Source: an uncultured Chloroflexia bacterium
GTDB lineage: Bacteria > Chloroflexota > Limnocylindria > QHBO01
Assembly (NCBI GenBank): GCA_963814375.1
Contig: CAWFCQ010000003.1
Coordinates: forward strand, 128,001-192,000
Length of the DNA: 64,000 nt
Direction of reading: 5' to 3'
Both the position numbers and the translations under genes were made by a program. The notes under the pieces were generated by a model. It was not told where the DNA came from and searched no databases. It was given only the letters and a program-made list of their open reading frames with translations. How positions within the stretch are numbered: position 1 is the stretch's first letter; each line of letters opens with the position of its first letter. Positions 1 through 9,381 of the stretch are shown piece after piece.

Positions 1-94
1 TTAGGCGAGCCCTCGACCGCCGCGCAATGGATTCGGCCGCTACGCTAGAATCGAGCGCGGCCCAGGATCGGGCCGCGAACGCTCGAACCTTCCT

Positions 95-619
95 GTGGGA
101 GCCACGGCCCTGGACATCTCCAGCGTTCTTTTTTACCTGCTCGCGATCGGCGTCGTGGGCGCCGGGCTCGCGGTGGTCACGCTGCGCAACATCATCCACT
201 CGGCCGTGGCGATGATGGTCTGCTTCGGTTCACTGGCTGGCATGTACGCCCTCCTGGGTGCTCCGATCGTGGCTGCCGCGCAGGTGCTCATCTACCTCGG
301 CGCGATCAGCGTCCTGATCCTCTTCGCCATCATGCTCACCCAGGCGGGCGACGCGAACCTGCCCGCGCCGTTCCACCGACAGCTGCCGATCGCGGTCGTG
401 GTCGCCCTTGCGGTCACCGGCCTGGTCGGATGGGCGGTGGTCCAGACCGACTGGCAGATGGCCGCCGAGGTCACCGGCGCCGCGGTCGAGGCCATTGCGA
501 CGGCTGTCTTCACGACCTATGCGCTGCCGTTCGAGATCATCAGCCTGCTTCTCCTCGTCGCGATCATCGGTGCCATCTTCCTGGCGCGCCGCCCGGAAGA
601 GGACGAGCGCGCGAACTGA
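95..619 (+). CDS. nuoJ: NADH-quinone oxidoreductase subunit J
   Basis: Hydrophobic protein with AQVLIYLGAISVLILFAIML and PFEIISLLLLVAIIGAIFLA motifs; precedes nuoK. Confidence 0.95.
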   Translation: MGATALDISSVLFYLLAIGVVGAGLAVVTLRNIIHSAVAMMVCFGSLAGMYALLGAPIVAAAQVLIYLGAISVLILFAIMLTQAGDANLPAPFHRQLPIAVVVALAVTGLVGWAVVQTDWQMAAEVTGAAVEAIATAVFTTYALPFEIISLLLLVAIIGAIFLARRPEEDERAN

Positions 620-622
620 CCG

Positions 623-928
623 ATGGGGATCCAGGGCTATCTCATCGTCTCGGCGCTGCTGTTCGGCATCGGCGCGTTCGGGTTCATGGTGCGCCGCAAC
701 GCGATCCTCATGCTCATCAGCATCGAGCTCATGTTCAACGCGGTGAACCTGAGCCTCGTGGCCTTCAACGCCTATCTCCCGCCCGATGCGAATGCCGGCG
801 CCGTCTTCGCGCTCATGATCATGGCCGTCGCCGCCGCCGAGGTGACGGTCGGGCTGGCCCTCGTGATCGCGATCATCCGTACGCGCCAGACGGCCGAGGT
901 CGACCAGTACGCCGATCTGAAGGAGTAG
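623..928 (+). CDS. nuoK: NADH-quinone oxidoreductase subunit K
   Basis: RRNAILMLISIELMFNAVNL and AAAEVTVGLA motifs; 101 aa. Confidence 0.97.
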   Translation: MGIQGYLIVSALLFGIGAFGFMVRRNAILMLISIELMFNAVNLSLVAFNAYLPPDANAGAVFALMIMAVAAAEVTVGLALVIAIIRTRQTAEVDQYADLKE

Positions 929-932
929 CCCG

Positions 933-3131
933 ATGCCCATCGAGCTGCTGATCGCCCTCATTCCGGCGCTGCCCCTCGCCGGGTTCCTGTTCGCCGTGCT
1001 CGTCGGGCCGCGCATCGACCGCGTCCCGTCCCACGGTCACGACGAGCATCACGACGACGGCCACGCGAGCCACGATGATCACGGGCCGATCGACGACTCG
1101 AGCTTCCGCGGCATCCCGACCGAGGAGGAGCAGGCGGCGACCAGCCCGCACGCCGGGCACGCCGACGATCTCGCCAATGCCGAGGGCGCCGCCGGCGTCA
1201 TTCCCGCCGACATGAACGACGGCCTCGGGCAGGCCGGGCACGTGACCCCGGGCGGCCCGAAGCCTCGCTACCTGTCGTGGATCGTGCCGACCGGCCTGGT
1301 CGGGATCGGCTGGGTCATCAGCATGATCGTCGTCGCCGACGTGATCTTCGGCGGCAACGAGTACGAGGTGACGCTCTACGAGTGGATCGCATCGGGCGAC
1401 TTCCACGTCGAGATCAGCTTCCTCGTTGACAGCCTCACGGCGATGCTCCTGCTGGTCGTGAGCACGGTCGGGTTCCTCGTGCACGTCTACAGCATCGGCT
1501 ACATGGACGGCGACCGCGGGTTCTGGCGCTTCTTCGCCTACCTCAACCTGTTCATGTTCTCGATGCTGCTCCTCATCCTGGGCGACAACTTCCTGATGCT
1601 GTACGTCGGCTGGGAGGCGGTCGGCCTGTGCAGCTACGCGCTCATCGGCTTCTGGTACAAGAAGCCGTCGGCGGCGGGAGCCGCCAAGAAGGCGTTCGTC
1701 GTCAACCGCATCGGCGACCTGGGCTTCGGCCTGGGCGTGATGATGATCTGGGTCAACCTCGGCACGCTGAGCTTCCACGAGGTTTTCGAGACCATCGGCA
1801 CGCTCGACGAGGGCACGGTGACGGTCATCGCCCTCCTGCTCTTCGCCGGCGCCGTGGGCAAGTCAGCCCAGTTTCCGCTCCACGTCTGGCTGCCGGATGC
1901 CATGGAAGGGCCGACCCCCGTCAGCGCCCTCATCCACGCCGCGACGATGGTCAACGCCGGCGTGTACATGGTCGCTCGCGCCAACCCGATCTTCGCCGAG
2001 GCGCCGACCGCGATGCTGACCGTCGCCACCATCGGCGCATTCACCGCCATCTTCGCCGCGGCCATCGCACTGACCCAGAACGACATCAAGAAGGTCCTCG
2101 CCTACAGCACCGTCAGCCAGCTGGCCTACATGTTCCTGGCGCTCGGTGTCGGAGCCTGGGTCTCGGCCATCTTCCACCTCGTCAGCCACGGCTTCTTCAA
2201 GGGCCTGCTGTTCATGGGCTCCGGCTCCGTCATCCACGGGGCCGGCGGCGAGCAGGACATGCGGTACATGGGCAACCTGCGGGCGAGGATGCGCTGGACC
2301 TACGTGACGATGGTCATCGGCTCGCTGGCCCTGGCCGGCATCCCGCTCTTCGCCGGCTTCTTCAGCAAGGACGAGATCCTGGCCGAGACCTTCAACCGCG
2401 GCTACTACGTCTTCTACCTGATCGGCGTGATCGTGGCCTTCATGACCGCCTTCTACACGTTCCGGATGATCTTCATGACGTTCTGGGGTGAGTGGCGCGG
2501 GCCGGCCGCGATCTGGGAGCACGTCCACGAGAGCGCGGTGACCATGGTCGCGCCGCTCGTGCTCCTGTCGGTGCCCACGATCTTCGCCGGGCTTCTGCTG
2601 GGCATCCCGCCGGAGGGCGGCGTCATCCACACCTGGCTGGAGGAGGTCTTCCACGCTTCGGAGGAGGCCGGAGCGGGCATCCAGCCGGGCTCGATCGCAG
2701 CGACGAGCCACGAGGGGTTCCAGCTCCTCGGCTTCGGCGGCCTGCTGCTCGGCAGCGGCGCGCTGGTGGCGGCGCTCGGCGTCTGGCTGGCCTATCGCTG
2801 GTACGTCCGTGATCCCGAGGCGCCGGCCCGCTTCGTCGAGCGCTTCCCAGCCGGGCTCGGCCCGGGGATGTATCGGGCCAGCGTCAACAAGTACTACGTC
2901 GACGACATTTACGGGCTCGTGTTTGCCCGTGGCGGCGTCCTGCTGGCCGAGGCGCTGTGGTGGTTCGACGCGAGGATCATCGACGGCATCGTGAACGGCG
3001 CCGGCTGGCTGGCCTCGACCATCGGTGGTGGCCTGCGCAAGGTCCAGACCGGACGGGTCGAGAACTACGGGCTCGGCATCGCGGCCGGGCTGGCCGTGGT
3101 GCTCCTCGCCTACGCGACGGTGGTGCGCTGA
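933..3131 (+). CDS. nuoL: NADH-quinone oxidoreductase subunit L, with a His/Asp-rich insertion after TM1
   Basis: GKSAQFPLHVWLPDAMEGPTPVSALIHAATMV and KKVLAYSTVSQL motifs. Confidence 0.97.
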   Translation: MPIELLIALIPALPLAGFLFAVLVGPRIDRVPSHGHDEHHDDGHASHDDHGPIDDSSFRGIPTEEEQAATSPHAGHADDLANAEGAAGVIPADMNDGLGQAGHVTPGGPKPRYLSWIVPTGLVGIGWVISMIVVADVIFGGNEYEVTLYEWIASGDFHVEISFLVDSLTAMLLLVVSTVGFLVHVYSIGYMDGDRGFWRFFAYLNLFMFSMLLLILGDNFLMLYVGWEAVGLCSYALIGFWYKKPSAAGAAKKAFVVNRIGDLGFGLGVMMIWVNLGTLSFHEVFETIGTLDEGTVTVIALLLFAGAVGKSAQFPLHVWLPDAMEGPTPVSALIHAATMVNAGVYMVARANPIFAEAPTAMLTVATIGAFTAIFAAAIALTQNDIKKVLAYSTVSQLAYMFLALGVGAWVSAIFHLVSHGFFKGLLFMGSGSVIHGAGGEQDMRYMGNLRARMRWTYVTMVIGSLALAGIPLFAGFFSKDEILAETFNRGYYVFYLIGVIVAFMTAFYTFRMIFMTFWGEWRGPAAIWEHVHESAVTMVAPLVLLSVPTIFAGLLLGIPPEGGVIHTWLEEVFHASEEAGAGIQPGSIAATSHEGFQLLGFGGLLLGSGALVAALGVWLAYRWYVRDPEAPARFVERFPAGLGPGMYRASVNKYYVDDIYGLVFARGGVLLAEALWWFDARIIDGIVNGAGWLASTIGGGLRKVQTGRVENYGLGIAAGLAVVLLAYATVVR

Positions 3132-4651
3132 TGGACGGCGTCCCCCTGCTCACCCTGATCGTCTTCATGCCCGCACTCGGCGCGCTCCTCCTGCTGTTCG
3201 TGCCGGCCGACAACCATCGCGCCATCCGATGGATCGCCCTCGCCACGGCGCTGCTCACCTTTGCGCTCAGCCTGGTCCTGCTCGGCTACAACCCCGACGG
3301 CAGCGAGTTCCAGTTCCGCGAGGACCTCGAGTGGATCGACTTCTTCGGCATGCGCTACACGCTCGGCGTGGACGGCATCAGCGTCGTGCTGGTGATCCTG
3401 ACCACGCTGCTGAGCGTCGTGGCCATCCGCTACAGCTGGGAGCCGATCCAGACGAAGGTGCGGGCCTACTACGCCACGATGCTGGTGCTGATGGTCGGCA
3501 TGCTCGGCGTGTTCGTCGCCCTCGACCTCTTCCTCTTCTACGTCTTCTGGGAAGTCAGCCTCTTCCCGATGTACTTCGTCATCGGCGTCTGGGGCGGCCC
3601 GCGTCGCATCTACGCCACGGTGAAGTTCGTCATCTACACCCTGGTCGGCTCGCTGCTCATGCTCGTCGCCATCCTGGCCGTGGCGATCGCGTACGCATCG
3701 GCCGGCAACCCGTTCACCTTCAGCTACGAGGCGCTCCGCGGCTTCGCCTACGCCGATTCGCTCCAGGCCGTCGCATTCATCGCCTTCTTCCTCGCCTTCG
3801 CCATCAAGGTGCCGATGTGGCCGCTCCACACCTGGCTGCCCGATGCGCACGTCGAGGCCCCCACCGCCGGCTCGATCATCCTGGCTGGCGTGCTGCTCAA
3901 GCTCGGCGGCTACGGCTTCCTGCGCTACAACCTGCCGCTCCTGCCCGATGCCGCCGTGACCTTCGCGCCGATCATCATCGGGTTGAGCATCATCGCCATC
4001 ATCTACGGCGGCCTGGTGGCGATGGTGCAGCCCGACATGAAGAAGCTGGTGGCGTACTCGAGCGTGAGCCACATGGGCTTCGTCATGCTCGGCGCGTTCG
4101 TCTTCAACACCCAGGGCCTCCAGGGCGCCGTCTACCAGATGATCAGCCACGGCATCACGACCGGTGCGCTGTTCCTGCTGGTGGGCATCATCTACGAGCA
4201 GACCCACGATCGCGAGATCTCGCACATGGGCGGCCTCAACGCCCGGCTGCCCCACTACGCGGCCATGTTCGGCCTCTTCACCTTCGCCAGCATCGGGCTG
4301 CCTGGGCTGTCGGGGTTCATCGGCGAGTTCCTCGTCATCTTGGGCGCCTTCGAGTCGAACGGCTTCGTGGCGGCGGCGGCGATGGTGGTGGTCATCATCA
4401 GCGCGGTCTACATGCTGTGGATGTTCCAGCGCGTCTTCTTCACTGTGCCATCCGATTGGATGCGCCGATGGTGGCCGTCGCTGCGCGACATGAGCAGCGG
4501 CGAGTGGCAGTCGCTCGCGCCGCTGGTGGTGCTGGTCGTGGCGCTGGGGGTCTATCCCGGACCGATCCTCGAGATCATCAGCGCGCCGGTCGAGCGAATC
4601 ATCGAGGCGGTCAACGGCGCCGGGCTCACCGGCCTCGGGCCGCTGTGGTGA
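3131..4651 (+). CDS. nuoM: NADH-quinone oxidoreductase subunit M
   Basis: ATG at 3131 overlaps the nuoL stop (TGATG); IKVPMWPLHTWLPDAHVEAPTAGS motif. Confidence 0.96.
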   Translation: MDGVPLLTLIVFMPALGALLLLFVPADNHRAIRWIALATALLTFALSLVLLGYNPDGSEFQFREDLEWIDFFGMRYTLGVDGISVVLVILTTLLSVVAIRYSWEPIQTKVRAYYATMLVLMVGMLGVFVALDLFLFYVFWEVSLFPMYFVIGVWGGPRRIYATVKFVIYTLVGSLLMLVAILAVAIAYASAGNPFTFSYEALRGFAYADSLQAVAFIAFFLAFAIKVPMWPLHTWLPDAHVEAPTAGSIILAGVLLKLGGYGFLRYNLPLLPDAAVTFAPIIIGLSIIAIIYGGLVAMVQPDMKKLVAYSSVSHMGFVMLGAFVFNTQGLQGAVYQMISHGITTGALFLLVGIIYEQTHDREISHMGGLNARLPHYAAMFGLFTFASIGLPGLSGFIGEFLVILGAFESNGFVAAAAMVVVIISAVYMLWMFQRVFFTVPSDWMRRWWPSLRDMSSGEWQSLAPLVVLVVALGVYPGPILEIISAPVERIIEAVNGAGLTGLGPLW

Positions 4652-4662
4652 GGGGCTGACGG

Positions 4663-6123
4663 ATGGACATGGTCGACGACCTCGTCACTCTCCTGCCGGA
4701 GCTGATCCTGACGGTGCTCGTCCTCGTCATCATCACCACGGACCTCTTCATCTCGCGCGCGAACAAGTGGCTGCTGACCCCGCTCACCGTGGCCGGCCTC
4801 ATCCTGGCCGGGGCGGCGTGCTTCGTGGTGTGGGACGTCAACGAGACGGTGTACGGCGGCTTCTACGTCGTCGACGACCTGTCGGTGTTCCTGAAGGGCG
4901 CCACCATCCTGATCGGCATCCTCTCCGCCCTCTTCGCGCCGGCCTACCTCCTCGTCCGACGCATCCCGCTCGGCGAGTTCAACACGATCCTGGTGACCGC
5001 GCTCATCGGCATGTGCGTGCTGGCCTCGAGCAGCGACTTCATCACCCTCTTCCTGGGCCTCGAGCTGATGACGATGCCGTCCTACCTGCTGACCGGGCTC
5101 CACAAGACCGACCGATACAGCAACGAGGGCGGGCTCAAGTACTTCCTGCTCGGCAGCTTCGCCAGCGCCATCCTCCTGTTCGGCGTAGCCTGGATGTACG
5201 GCCTCACCGGCACCACGAACATCGGCGCCATCGCGGCGTCGCTCGACGGCCAGATGAGCGCCGGCATCCTGGTGGCGGTCGGGTTCCTGACCGTGGGCGC
5301 GACCTTCAAGATCGCGGCGGTGCCGTTCCACTACTGGACGCCGGACGCCTACCAGGGCGCCCCGACACCCATCACCGGATTCCTCTCGGTCGGCCCCAAG
5401 CTCGGCGCCTTCGCGCTCGTGATCCGGATCTTCGTCGAGGCCCTGGCCCCGTTGCGGACCGATTGGCTGGCGGTGTTCCTGGTCCTGACGGTGCTGACCA
5501 TGACGATCGGCAACGTGGTGGCGCTGACGCAGACCAACGTCAAGCGGATGCTGGCCTACTCGAGCATCGCCCACACCGGCTACATCATGGCCGGCCTCGC
5601 CGCGTACGCGAACGCGACCGATCCGGAGGCCGCGGCCCAGGGCATCCAGGCGGTCCTCTTCTACCTCCTCGCCTACGCGGTCATGAACATCGCGGCCTTC
5701 GCGATGGTGGCGATGCTCCAGCGCGACACGGGCCGCTTCGGTGGGCTCAACTCCTTCGCCGGCCTCGCCTCGCGCGCCCCGTGGCACGCCGCCGCGATGA
5801 CCGTGCTGCTGCTGAGCCTGACCGGAATTCCCCCTACCGTCGGCTTCTTCGCGAAGCTCCTCATCCTGCTCGCCACGGTCGAGTCCGGGCTCATCTGGCT
5901 GGCGGTCGTCGTCGCGCTCAACGCGGCGCTGGCGGCGTTCTACTACCTGCGCGTCGTGGTCTACATGTACATGCGCGATCCCGAGCCGGAGCCCGCTCCG
6001 ATCGACACCAACCCGTTCGGCTCGGTGGCCCTGGCCGTCTCGGTGGCCGGCGTGATCGCGCTCGGGATCTTCCCGGGAGCCATCCTGCGCCTGGTCGAGG
6101 TCTCTGCGGCCAGTATCTTCTAG
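4663..6123 (+). CDS. nuoN: NADH-quinone oxidoreductase subunit N
   Basis: FKIAAVPFHYWTPDAYQGAPTP and KRMLAYSSIAHTGY motifs. Confidence 0.96.
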   Translation: MDMVDDLVTLLPELILTVLVLVIITTDLFISRANKWLLTPLTVAGLILAGAACFVVWDVNETVYGGFYVVDDLSVFLKGATILIGILSALFAPAYLLVRRIPLGEFNTILVTALIGMCVLASSSDFITLFLGLELMTMPSYLLTGLHKTDRYSNEGGLKYFLLGSFASAILLFGVAWMYGLTGTTNIGAIAASLDGQMSAGILVAVGFLTVGATFKIAAVPFHYWTPDAYQGAPTPITGFLSVGPKLGAFALVIRIFVEALAPLRTDWLAVFLVLTVLTMTIGNVVALTQTNVKRMLAYSSIAHTGYIMAGLAAYANATDPEAAAQGIQAVLFYLLAYAVMNIAAFAMVAMLQRDTGRFGGLNSFAGLASRAPWHAAAMTVLLLSLTGIPPTVGFFAKLLILLATVESGLIWLAVVVALNAALAAFYYLRVVVYMYMRDPEPEPAPIDTNPFGSVALAVSVAGVIALGIFPGAILRLVEVSAASIF

Positions 6124-6127
6124 GCGG

Positions 6128-7645
6128 ATGGCGACCCCCGACGCCGAGGCCCTGGCCGATGCGGAGCTCGCCGCCGCAGCCTCGCGGCTGCTCGGCGACC
6201 GGCGACTGATCATCGCCACGAACCGAGGTCCGGTCACCTTCACGACGACCGCCGGCGGCGATCTGCGGCCGCGCCGCGGCTCGGGAGGGCTCGTCACGGC
6301 GCTGGGCCAGGTCGGCCGGCACGTGCCGATCACCTGGGTCGCCGCGGCCATGAGCGAGGGCGACCGACGCGCCGCCGCCGACCCGCGTCTCATGCGCAGC
6401 GTGGAGGTCGGCGGCGAGTCGCTCCGCCTCCGATTCGCATCCGTCGAGCGGACGGTGTACGAGCAGGCATACAACGTCATCGCCAACCCGCTGCTGTGGT
6501 TCCTCCAGCACCAGATGTGGAACCTGCCCGAGCGGCCGGTCATCGATGCCGGTGTCATGCGCGCCTGGCAGCGTGGCTACCTCCCGCTCAACGAGGCCTT
6601 CGCGCGTGCGGTCCTTGCCCAGGCACGGGGGGACCGGCGCCCGCGGATCATGCTCCACGACTACCACCTCTACCTCGCCGCCGAGCCGATCCGGCGGGCG
6701 CGTCCCGGCGCCGTGCTTAGCCATTTCACCCACATCCCGTGGCCGCCCTCTTCGATATGGCAGACGATCGCGCCGCCCATCCGCGAGGGCATCGCTCGAG
6801 GGCTCCTCGCCAACGACGTCGTCGGATTCCAGACGGAGCGCTACGCGCACAACTTCCTGCGGACGGTCGAGTCGTTCGTGCCGGAGGCGCGGGTCGACTA
6901 CGACGAGAGCGTCGTGCGCTGGCGGCGCCGAACGACCCGCGTGCGCTCGTACCCGATCAGCATCGACGTCGAATCGACGCGCCGCCTCGCCGAGTCGCGC
7001 GCCGCACGGCGCCGGGCGGACCAGCTCCAGGGCGGGGCGCGCGAGCTCGTCCTCGTCCGCGTCGACCGGCTCGAGCCGTCGAAGAACATCCTGCGCGGCT
7101 TCCTCGCCTACGAGGCGCTCCTCCAGCGCACGCCGCGCCTCCGCGGCCGGATCAGCTTCCTCGCCTTCCTCGTCCCGTCGCGCACCGGCCTGCGTGAGTA
7201 CGGGCACTACGGCCGCGAGGTGCAGAACGCTGTCGACCGCATCAACGCCCGATTCGGCCGGGCCGGATGGCGCCCGATCCAGCTCTTCTACGAGAACGAT
7301 TACGCCCAGGCCCTGGCAGGGCTGGCCATCGCCGACGTGGTGCTCGTCAATCCCCTCGTCGACGGTATGAACCTCGTCGCCAAGGAGGCGGTCGTCGTCT
7401 CGCGCCGCGACGCGGTGCTGGTCCTGTCCGAGACCGCCGGCGCCTTCGACCAGATGTCGGCGGGCGCGCTCCCGGTTGCGCCCGCCGACGTGGTGGGCAC
7501 CGCCGATGCCCTGGCGACCGCCCTCGCCATGGCACCCGACGAGCGGCGGAAACGGCTGGCGGGTATGCGCCGGGGGGTGGAGGCGGAGGACATCACGTGG
7601 TGGCTGCGCCGCCAGCTCGAGGATCTCGCCGACCTGGTGGAGTGA
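6128..7645 (+). CDS. otsA: GT20 trehalose-6-phosphate synthase
   Basis: GGLVTAL, HDYHL, HFTHIPWP, VDRLEPSKNI and DGMNLVAKE motifs. Confidence 0.9.
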   Translation: MATPDAEALADAELAAAASRLLGDRRLIIATNRGPVTFTTTAGGDLRPRRGSGGLVTALGQVGRHVPITWVAAAMSEGDRRAAADPRLMRSVEVGGESLRLRFASVERTVYEQAYNVIANPLLWFLQHQMWNLPERPVIDAGVMRAWQRGYLPLNEAFARAVLAQARGDRRPRIMLHDYHLYLAAEPIRRARPGAVLSHFTHIPWPPSSIWQTIAPPIREGIARGLLANDVVGFQTERYAHNFLRTVESFVPEARVDYDESVVRWRRRTTRVRSYPISIDVESTRRLAESRAARRRADQLQGGARELVLVRVDRLEPSKNILRGFLAYEALLQRTPRLRGRISFLAFLVPSRTGLREYGHYGREVQNAVDRINARFGRAGWRPIQLFYENDYAQALAGLAIADVVLVNPLVDGMNLVAKEAVVVSRRDAVLVLSETAGAFDQMSAGALPVAPADVVGTADALATALAMAPDERRKRLAGMRRGVEAEDITWWLRRQLEDLADLVE

Positions 7646-7659
7646 CGTGGCCCCGCCAC

Positions 7660-7840
7660 TCGCGATATGTCGCGGCCGATGCACCAGAGGCGATCCCGAG
7701 GTGCTGTTCCCACGATGTTTCGCGGCCCGGCACGCCTGAGCAGCACCTCCGGGTGGCGCTCAGGCATGGCAGCCGCGCGATGGATCGCGAGAATGCAACC
7801 CGCGGACGCCTTCTGGTGAAGTGGCCGCGATCAATCGCGT
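7660..7840 (-). repeat. ~180-bp dispersed element A, copy 1 (four CGCGAT-NN-ATCGCG-type cores)
   Basis: Reverse complement aligns with 43081-43260 with one 1-nt gap; cores at 7661, 7711, 7776 and 7826. Confidence 0.85.
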
Positions 7841-8671
7841 CAGACCGGGGCCAGCTCCGCTAACAGCAGCGCCACCTGGGCCGGCGTGGCGAGCACCACG
7901 TCGGCCGCTGCGAGAACCGACTCGGGCACCTCGCGATCGGCTCCGCCCACGCCGATGATCGCGGCGTGCAGCTTCCCCGCCGCCCGCAGATCGGCGACGG
8001 CGTCGAACATGTCGAGGTCGGTGACGTCGTCGCCCATGACCACCACGCCCGCGAAGGCCGAACCGATCGATCACGGCGCGCGCCGCGCTGCCCTTGTCGC
8101 CGAGCCCGACCGGTCGCAGCTCGACGCTCATGCGGCCCTCCCGCACCTCGAGGTCGGCGGGTACCGAGCCGATGGCGTCCATGATCGCGGCACGGGCAAC
8201 CACGGGGTCCGCGGCATTGCGGTAATGGACCGTGGCCGACAGGCCCTTCGCCTCGACCGACGCCTCACGAACCGCCCGAACGCGCGCGACGACCTCGGCC
8301 AGCGCGGCTCGGACCGAGTCAGCGGCGGGGGTAGCGGCCGGCTCGGCCGCTACGGCCTCGAGCCACTCCGTGCCATGGTTGCCGACGATCACCAGCCCGG
8401 GCACGCCGACCATGCGTCGCGCGTCGAGCGGAGCGCGTCCGGTGATGACGGCCACCACCGCCAGATCGGCGGCAAGCGCGGCCAGGGGAGCCTCCGCGCC
8501 GCCCGCGAGCCCGGCGGCGGCCGGATCGGCGACGATCGGTGAGAGAGTGCCGTCGAAGTCGGTCAGGAGCCCAGCCGGTGCGTGCGCCAATGCCGATCGG
8601 GCCAGCTCGATGGCACGCGTCAGCGACTCATCGGTGCGGCGTCTAGACTCCGGCCGTGAAGCGTCTCTCAT
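7840..8671 (-). CDS. otsB: Trehalose-6-phosphate phosphatase (HAD family); frameshift near 8049; start uncertain
   Basis: LLTDFDGTL, VGNHG, TVHYR and DKG in one frame; GDDVTDLDMF in the adjacent frame after an extra G. Confidence 0.85.
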
Positions 8672-9381
8672 CGTGGGCGCTCCCGCTCATCCTGGGGGTG
8701 ACGGGGGTGGCGCTCATTATCATCGGGTCGGTCGACTTCGAGTCCGATCCCGCGCCGAGCCTGGCGCCGATCGTCACGCCCACGCCGGTCGCGCTGGCCT
8801 CGCCAACGCCGTCATCGACCGAGACTGCCACCGCCGAGCCGACCCCTGTGCCAACCGCGACCCCGGTGCCGACGCCATTGCCCGACAGCGTGGTCGCCGC
8901 GCAGCTCGAGGTACCTTCGGTCGGGATCAACGTGCTGGTCAGGCAGTCGACGAGCGCCGAGACCGACGGCTTCCCGCCCTCGGACGCCGCCTACATCCTG
9001 CGCTCGGGGACCCAGCCGGGGCGCAACACGAACTCGTTCATCTTCGCCCACGCCCTCAACTCGCTCTTCAAGCCGCTGTGGAACGTGCAGATCGGCGCCG
9101 AGGTGCTGATCCGGATGTCGGACGACAGCGTGCTCCGCTACATCGTCACCGAGGTTCGACCCAACGTCGCCTGCCCCGATCCCAACGCCGACCCCGCCCT
9201 CAACCCGCCGAACCCGCCGCTGGCGCTCCAGATCCACGACGACTGCACCGAGGCCGTCTCGTGGACCACGCCGACCGATCACGAGCGGGTCACGCTCCAG
9301 ACGTCGCAGGGATACAACCGCAACTGGGGCGAGCTGGTCATCGTCGCCCAGCCCGCGAGCCGGGTGGAGGCAGGAGGCTAG
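8656..9381 (+). CDS. Membrane-anchored sortase-fold protein with Pro/Thr linker and non-canonical active site
   Basis: N-terminal TM; LEVPSVGINV, PGRNTNSFIFAHA and LFKPL motifs; VTLQTS where sortases have TLxTC. Confidence 0.75.
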   Translation: MKRLSSWALPLILGVTGVALIIIGSVDFESDPAPSLAPIVTPTPVALASPTPSSTETATAEPTPVPTATPVPTPLPDSVVAAQLEVPSVGINVLVRQSTSAETDGFPPSDAAYILRSGTQPGRNTNSFIFAHALNSLFKPLWNVQIGAEVLIRMSDDSVLRYIVTEVRPNVACPDPNADPALNPPNPPLALQIHDDCTEAVSWTTPTDHERVTLQTSQGYNRNWGELVIVAQPASRVEAGG

